Program-made: the position numbers and the translations under genes
Assembly (NCBI GenBank): GCA_963718615.1
Contig: OY970368.1
Location: forward strand, 2,592,001-2,656,000
Length of the DNA: 64,000 nt
Reading direction: 5' to 3'
From: an uncultured cyanobacterium
Lineage (GTDB): Bacteria > Cyanobacteriota > Cyanobacteriia > PCC-9006 > JAAUQQ01
Notes under the pieces: generated by a model
The model's database searches: none
The model's input: the letters and a program-made list of their open reading frames with translations, nothing else
Told to the model about the DNA's origin: nothing
Shown here: positions 58,195 to 64,000 of the stretch, piece after piece
How positions within the stretch are numbered: the stretch's first letter is position 1
Layout: each line of letters begins with the position of its first letter

Positions 58195-59332
58195 AATAAA
58201 TCGAACTTCCCTGGTTTAGCTGAGATTCTGCCCAAATCTTTCCCCCATGATATTCGATAATTTTTTGGCAAGTTGCCAAACCAATACCATGGCCTGGATA
58301 GTCTGTTTTGTCTTGAAATCGACGAAACATTTCGAACACTGCACTGCACTGGTGGGGGGTCATACCTAGGCCATTATCATGAACTCCAATTTTCCACAGG
58401 ACTCGAAACTCTTTCGCGATAAGATTCGACGATTGCACCTCTAGGGAATTTATACCAGTGGCGATAAGCTGCGTATATTGAGCTGTGATTCGAATCAACG
58501 GTGTCTTGCCCTTGTGGCGGAACTTAATTGCATTGTCGATCAAGTTTTGGATAAGGTTGAGCAAGAGCCAAGGATTTCCCAATACGATCGGCAAGTGCCC
58601 CTCCCATTCAACCTGAGCGTCTGTTTTAGCCACCTCCGCAGTCAGATTCTCCAAACTCTGCTCGATCAGCTTTTGAATATCCACAATCTCAAAACAATCT
58701 TCCTGAACGCCTGCTAAGGCATAGTTCAGTAATCCCTGCATCAATCGGTGCATTGACTGCGCAGATTTTGCAATGTTTTGAAGATGACGCTTCGTTAACT
58801 TGTCCGCTGAATTTCCATATTTACGCTCCAGAATTTCACCGGAGATCAGCAAACTTTGCAGTGGCTGCTTGAGGTCATGGGAGACCGCTGCGCAAAACTG
58901 CTCTAAACGACGGTTGGAAAGTTCCAAGGCTTGATTTTGGGCTTCAATCTTCTGATGCTGGCGTTGAAGGGTAAGCTGTAGCTCTACCCGAGCCATCATT
59001 TCTTCAATTTGAAACGGTTTAGTGACATAATCCACTGCTCCCCGTTCAAAAGCCTGGAGCTTTTCTGGGGTATCCCCTAGGGCACTAACAAAGATAATGG
59101 GAATCTTGCTTAAATCCGGGTCAGCCTTAAAGGCTTGACAGACGGTATAACCATCCATTTCTGGCATATCCACATCCAGCAAAACTAAATCTGGATGTCT
59201 GGCTTTCGCACCGTTGAACGCTAGTATGCCGTTAATTGCACTTCTAACCTGATAGCCCTGAGACTGTAAAGCTTTTTCAAGCAAGGTCAAATTCTCGGGC
59301 CTATCATCAACCAGTAGGATATCTCCCTTCAT
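58169..59332 (-). CDS. REC-HisKA-HATPase hybrid histidine kinase
   Basis: ILLVDD, DVDMP, SHDLKQPL, DNAIKF, DNGLG, GHGIGL. Confidence 0.92.
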   Translation of the reverse strand: MKGDILLVDDRPENLTLLEKALQSQGYQVRSAINGILAFNGAKARHPDLVLLDVDMPEMDGYTVCQAFKADPDLSKIPIIFVSALGDTPEKLQAFERGAVDYVTKPFQIEEMMARVELQLTLQRQHQKIEAQNQALELSNRRLEQFCAAVSHDLKQPLQSLLISGEILERKYGNSADKLTKRHLQNIAKSAQSMHRLMQGLLNYALAGVQEDCFEIVDIQKLIEQSLENLTAEVAKTDAQVEWEGHLPIVLGNPWLLLNLIQNLIDNAIKFRHKGKTPLIRITAQYTQLIATGINSLEVQSSNLIAKEFRVLWKIGVHDNGLGMTPHQCSAVFEMFRRFQDKTDYPGHGIGLATCQKIIEYHGGKIWAESQLNQGSSIYFTLVGLIP

Positions 59333-59551
59333 AGGCTGCAAAGAAGTCAAGCTTCTTGGCGTGACAATACATTCCTGTAGGAGTCTCTAACTCTTGATAG
59401 ACGATCAACAGGTTAGAGGACTATATTTACTACAGCGATTAAACTCGTTATAATGCATTATCCCTAAGGTTGTTATTATCTTAACATCTGACCCTCTTCT
59501 ATCCTGAGGCGCTTTACAATCCGTAAAGTGTCAAGACGGAAAAACAAACCA

Positions 59552-61513
59552 TTACGCAACCGTCATACTTCGAGGTAAAGATGTACTCGATGCGTGGGGT
59601 GCCTGGTGCTGTGAGGCAGGGGAATGCTGTTCTGCCAGCCGTTTTTCTAGATCCTGGGCTGTCAGAGGTTTTGAAAAGAGATAGCCTTGGCCCAAATCGC
59701 AATTGAGCTGTGTGAGCTGTTCTGCGATCGCCTCAGATTCAATCCCTTCCGCAACCACATCCATAGCCAGATCATGGGCTAAGTTGATCGTCGCTTGAAT
59801 AATCCGAACTTCATTACGGAGCTGATGCCCTTTAACCGGTGAGTTGGATTTAGCAGGGGAATCCAAGGCCATGATGAACGATCGATCGATTTTAAGTGTA
59901 TCCACCGGAAAACGATGTAAATAGCTTAAAGACGAGTATCCTGTCCCAAAGTCATCGATCGCCAGTTGAATATCGCGAGCCTTAAGCGCTTCCAAAACTG
60001 CCATTGCCGAATCCGCCTGATCCATAATTGCGGTTTCCGTAATTTCGAGTTTCAAGAATTGACTGTTTAATCCCGTACTATTCAAAATCTGGTCAATCTG
60101 TTCGATTAAATCGGGCTGGGAAAACTGCTTCACCGATAAATTCACACTTACTTTCCAGGGAATCTGGTCCACCATTCCCGGGATCGAAGAGTTCAGATTG
60201 GGAAAAAACTGCTGCTGCCAAGCTTTGATCTGGCGACAGGCTTCCTGCAAAGTCCACAGCCCAATGGGCAAGATCAACCCCGTATCTTCGGCAACGGGAA
60301 TAAAATCCGCTGGTGAAATAAATCCTTCCGTCGGGTGAATCCAGCGGATCAGGGCCTCAAATCCGACAATCTTCCGCGTTGGGAGTGAAACAATGGGTTG
60401 ATAGACGAGGGAAAATTCCTGAAGTTCTAGGGCACGCCGTAGATGGCTTTCGAGCTTGAGGCGATGAACCACCTGCTGTCGCATGGTGGAGGTAAAAATT
60501 TGGTATTGCGATCGCCCCAAGGCCTTCGCCCGATACATTGCCGTATCCGCATCGCGCAAAATATCAATGGCATGTTCGTAATTGCCTTCAACAATGACAA
60601 TGCCCATGCTGACACTAACAAACAGCTCATACTGTTCAACCCAAAAGGACTCTGTTAATTTTTTCTCTAGGGTTTGGGCCAGTTGAATTACAGCCGTATT
60701 GTTACGGATTTGAGGAAGTAAGATGACAAATTCATCTTCCCCTTGGCGAGCCAGCAAGGCATCTTCCGGTAAACAGGCTAGAAGACGCTGGGCGATCGCC
60801 CCCAATAGCTGATCACCCGCATCATGCCCCAAGGAGTCATTCACCACTTTAAAGTGGTCACAGTCCAAAAATAACAGGGCAAAAGGATTTGGGTTGGTTG
60901 TTTTGAATTGATCAAGCCGGGTCTCTAAGGTTTGTAGTAAATAATTTCGATTGGGTAATTCAGTCAGCGGATCATGAAATGCAAGATGACGAAGCTGATG
61001 TTCTGCTTGTTTACGGCGTATGATTTCTTGCGTCAGTTTTTTCTTAGACCAATTGAGTTGAGCCGTACGATTGCTCACCCGAGCTTCTAACTCGGCATTC
61101 AGCTTCTGAACTTCGGCTCTAGACTGCTTTAAGGCTAGCTGTAGCTCAATCCGAGCGATCACCTCATCGCCATTGAAGGGTTTTTCCACATAGTCCGCCG
61201 CTCCCAAACTAAAAGCTTTGAGTTTATCCACAGGTTGGTTAAATGCACTGACAAAGATAATGGGGATCTCTGCGGTGTCGGGATTTTCTTTGATTTTTTG
61301 GCAAACATCATACCCGGAAAATTCCGGCATGTTAATATCCAGCAAAATCAGATCTGGACGAATAACTTCCAGGGCAGTGAGTGCGAGTAATCCATTAATA
61401 GAAAGACGAATATCGTAGTCCTTCTTTTTCAAGAGCTCAGATAACACACTGAGATTGTTAGGATTGTCGTCAACGATGAGAATACAGGGAGTGAAATTGG
61501 CAAGGTGGGTCAT
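59552..61513 (-). CDS. REC-GGDEF(degenerate GEDEF)-EAL response regulator
   Basis: ILIVDD, DINMP, ARQGEDEF, FEALIRW, DDFGTGYSS. Confidence 0.93.
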   Translation of the reverse strand: MTHLANFTPCILIVDDNPNNLSVLSELLKKKDYDIRLSINGLLALTALEVIRPDLILLDINMPEFSGYDVCQKIKENPDTAEIPIIFVSAFNQPVDKLKAFSLGAADYVEKPFNGDEVIARIELQLALKQSRAEVQKLNAELEARVSNRTAQLNWSKKKLTQEIIRRKQAEHQLRHLAFHDPLTELPNRNYLLQTLETRLDQFKTTNPNPFALLFLDCDHFKVVNDSLGHDAGDQLLGAIAQRLLACLPEDALLARQGEDEFVILLPQIRNNTAVIQLAQTLEKKLTESFWVEQYELFVSVSMGIVIVEGNYEHAIDILRDADTAMYRAKALGRSQYQIFTSTMRQQVVHRLKLESHLRRALELQEFSLVYQPIVSLPTRKIVGFEALIRWIHPTEGFISPADFIPVAEDTGLILPIGLWTLQEACRQIKAWQQQFFPNLNSSIPGMVDQIPWKVSVNLSVKQFSQPDLIEQIDQILNSTGLNSQFLKLEITETAIMDQADSAMAVLEALKARDIQLAIDDFGTGYSSLSYLHRFPVDTLKIDRSFIMALDSPAKSNSPVKGHQLRNEVRIIQATINLAHDLAMDVVAEGIESEAIAEQLTQLNCDLGQGYLFSKPLTAQDLEKRLAEQHSPASQHQAPHASSTSLPRSMTVA

Positions 61514-61768
61514 TTTTATGCATCGTTAGAGAAATGAAGACAAAAAGCCTAAACACTACTCATGGGAATTGCTTTGCTTTTCTTTAGATGTCTTAATTAA
61601 TTCTATATATCTCTATACAAACATGAGGTTTTCTTCAATGACTAGGTGACTTGTGCGGAGATCGGGGCTCCGCAGATTTCCGGATAGATAGACCCTGCCG
61701 TTTCCCGCGACATTTCCCGATAAAATTTTACCGACCTCGAATCCCTGCACACTTACGTCTGGGTTTAC

Positions 61769-62899
61769 ATGCTCATCCTCTGCCTGGTTCTGTCGCTGCT
61801 AATTGTCGGGGCGATCGCCTTCTACCTCGCCAGCCTTTATTTCACCGTTCGATTCTTTGCCCATCCCCCTGAGCTCGGTCCAGCCGTGTCTGGTGGTGTT
61901 TCGATCCTGGTGCCCTGCTGCGGTCTGGACGAAGGGGCTTGGGAAAATTGGTCGTCTTTTTGCCAGCAGGACTACGCGCCCTACGAGGTCTTGTTTGGGG
62001 TCGTTGATCCGGCAGACCCGGCGGTGCCTGTGATTGAAAAGCTACAGCGCAGCCAGCCCGATCGCGTGCGTCTTTTCGCCGGACTCAAACCCCTTGGGGC
62101 CAATCACAAAGACAGTAGCCTCAGTTATTTGGTCAAGGAAAGTCGCTACGACACGCTGATTTTTGCCGATAGCGATATTTGCGTGGCTCCGGACTATATT
62201 CAAATGGTGACGGCTCCCTTGGTCGATCCACAGATAGGGATGGTGACCTGTGCCTATGTGGCCCATGATCCGAGGTTTGTGGGCGGGGCGATCGCTTCCC
62301 TCGGTCGCTGTTGTGATTTTATCCCTAGTGCATTAGTTGCTAGAGCAATGGATGGTGGAATTCGGTTTGCCATTGGCGTGACGATGGCGATGGGCAAGGA
62401 GGCGTTGGAAAAAGCCGGGGGATTACACCTCAGCCGCATTGGTTCGGACTACAACTTGGGAAAACGGGTTGCTGCTACGGGCTATGGGGTTGAGCTTTCT
62501 CATTTGGTCTTGGAATCGGACACGGGGCGGGAAACCCTGGGCGAGGTGTGGCGACGGGAGCTGCGCTGGGCGCGGACGATTCGGTTTAATCGGGGAGCGG
62601 TATATTACGGACAGGTGTTTTGTTTTGGTTTAGTGTATTTGTTGCCGTTACTACTGTTGACGCGGTTTGCGGTTTGGGCGGTGGGATTGGCGATCGCCAC
62701 GATCCTGATCCGCTATCTCCAAGCCTGGGTGGCCGCAACATATATTAGTGCGCCGAAGCTGTCTCGCTGGTTTTGGCTGTTGCCCCTGCGGGAGGCGATT
62801 AGTTTTGGGGTGTGGGTGTTGGGGGCGTTTGGCGATCGCATCTATTGGCGGGGACGTTGGTTGCAGATTGAGGGAGATGGCAGGATTCGAGAGCTGTGA
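61769..62899 (+). CDS. GT2/GT21 glycosyltransferase, HpnI/ceramide glucosyltransferase-like
   Basis: N-terminal TM, QDY..YEVLFG, GANHK, DSD, RELRWARTIR, WRGR. Confidence 0.8.
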   Translation: MLILCLVLSLLIVGAIAFYLASLYFTVRFFAHPPELGPAVSGGVSILVPCCGLDEGAWENWSSFCQQDYAPYEVLFGVVDPADPAVPVIEKLQRSQPDRVRLFAGLKPLGANHKDSSLSYLVKESRYDTLIFADSDICVAPDYIQMVTAPLVDPQIGMVTCAYVAHDPRFVGGAIASLGRCCDFIPSALVARAMDGGIRFAIGVTMAMGKEALEKAGGLHLSRIGSDYNLGKRVAATGYGVELSHLVLESDTGRETLGEVWRRELRWARTIRFNRGAVYYGQVFCFGLVYLLPLLLLTRFAVWAVGLAIATILIRYLQAWVAATYISAPKLSRWFWLLPLREAISFGVWVLGAFGDRIYWRGRWLQIEGDGRIREL

Positions 62900-62935
62900 T
62901 AGAGAAAAGACACTTCAACTTCTTTTTTCTCTATC
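62898..62935 (+). terminator. Hairpin directly after the glycosyltransferase stop
   Basis: GATAGAGAAAA...TTTTCTCTATC inverted repeat. Confidence 0.5.
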
Positions 62936-63210
62936 CGGAAACTTTGTGGTTTTTTTAGAAAATCGAGATTTTATGTAAGTAATTTGCAGGATGTCCGTTG
63001 AATAGTGTAGTGATTTTTCCAACATGAGATACTTTGCTCGTTAGAGGTACTGTTCTGAGAACAAGGTTTACAAGTCTTGGTGTCCAGGCCAATCACAGCT
63101 AGCCTGAGCGTTGTATAAGCTCTGGTTTTCTCCCGTCCTGGGCCAATTTGCAGCAGCTTTTCAAGCAAGGTTCGCAGATGGAATTCAACCCATAGAGAGG
63201 GAAATTACGA

Positions 63211-63930
63211 ATGAGAAGTATGTTTACAAAGGTTGGTGGAGTGGCGATCGCCACCCTCGCGATTACTACTGGCATCCAAAACCAAGCCTTAGCCGTCTTA
63301 ACTGGAGGTGCGACTTCGGTTCAAGATTCATTTACTGGACTAGAGTGGCTGCGCCTAGATCAAACAGACGGCCTGGATATTTCTCTTCCCGCGCTAGGAC
63401 CGTTTCTAGGACAGGGATATACCGTTGCAAACGGCATCCAAGTACAAGGATTACTGGGCTCCTTTTTTGGCCAGTTTGGCCTCCCTAACGATCCCCTCGC
63501 GCCTCCAGGAGATCCTGCCGCCTCAATTAGCGATACCTTATTTTCAGCCTGGACAGGGCTGTTTGGCGAAACCGTATCGTTTTCTCCCTTTGCCAGCGGT
63601 TCGGGTGGACGTTTCATCAGCGGACCAAGCACCGTTAGTAGTTTTGGGGTAATTAACAGCCCATTAAACGTATCTGCTTTGATTTCGTCTGCTTTTGGAA
63701 TGACTTTGCCAGCTTTTAGTGGCCCAATCGGAAGTTTTGCTGCCTTTTTACCCAGTTCTGGACTCTCTTCTGATCTCACAGGTGTTTTCATGGTTCGCGC
63801 GATCTCGACAACGCCAGCAGCGATTGCTCCATCCGTAACCAGCGTTCCGACTCCAGCTTTGCTGCCGGGTCTGATTGGCTTTGGGGTTAGCGTACTCAAG
63901 CGAAAGAAAAAGCAAACCGCCGAAGCGTAA
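63211..63930 (+). CDS. PTPA-CTERM (PEP-CTERM-like) sorted surface protein
   Basis: Signal peptide, TGLEWL motif, C-terminal VPTPALLPGLIGFGVSVLKRKKK. Confidence 0.88.
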   Translation: MRSMFTKVGGVAIATLAITTGIQNQALAVLTGGATSVQDSFTGLEWLRLDQTDGLDISLPALGPFLGQGYTVANGIQVQGLLGSFFGQFGLPNDPLAPPGDPAASISDTLFSAWTGLFGETVSFSPFASGSGGRFISGPSTVSSFGVINSPLNVSALISSAFGMTLPAFSGPIGSFAAFLPSSGLSSDLTGVFMVRAISTTPAAIAPSVTSVPTPALLPGLIGFGVSVLKRKKKQTAEA

Positions 63931-64000
63931 ACCCCACCGGCCACTGGCTGCGGGTACCCGGTTTTTGAATTGCCATCCTTTCCACCGTTCTCTGCTCTGA

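Overview
Cyanobacterial chromosomal window, judged from the dense HIP1 (GCGATCGC) octamers, psbD, ycf3, ndhP, rpaA, sigF and SLH-OprB porins. Most of it is core genome: deoC-recO-MFS-dgdA-like, tRNA-Asn, rpaA/holB/tmk, ctaA-like ATPase, ycf3-gatC, sigF, sds, murI, pyrB. Accessory material is interspersed. (1) Three tandem SLH porins have divergent barrels but nearly identical 5' DNA (a 170-bp block is identical in two copies), and each leader carries a Yfr1-complementary GTGTGAGGA. (2) A standalone psbD has a +1 frameshift. (3) An Rpn/DUF4351 gene has lost its nuclease core but keeps an internal SD+ATG. (4) A CHAT-TM-PBP receptor-protease gene carries two lesions. (5) An RTX adhesin with 393-bp repeats lies divergent from a two-GAF cyanobacteriochrome hybrid kinase; an IS3 element splits that kinase exactly in its receiver domain, and c-di-GMP signalling genes follow. 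Three small genes are missing from the ORF track: ndhP (37533-37655), a 23-codon ORF inside a structured transcript-like unit (about 19285-19528), and a 35-aa hydrophobic ORF behind a structured leader (about 35791-36099). No CRISPR array, prophage, integrase or reverse transcriptase was seen. All family calls are from motif recognition by eye; no database search was run.
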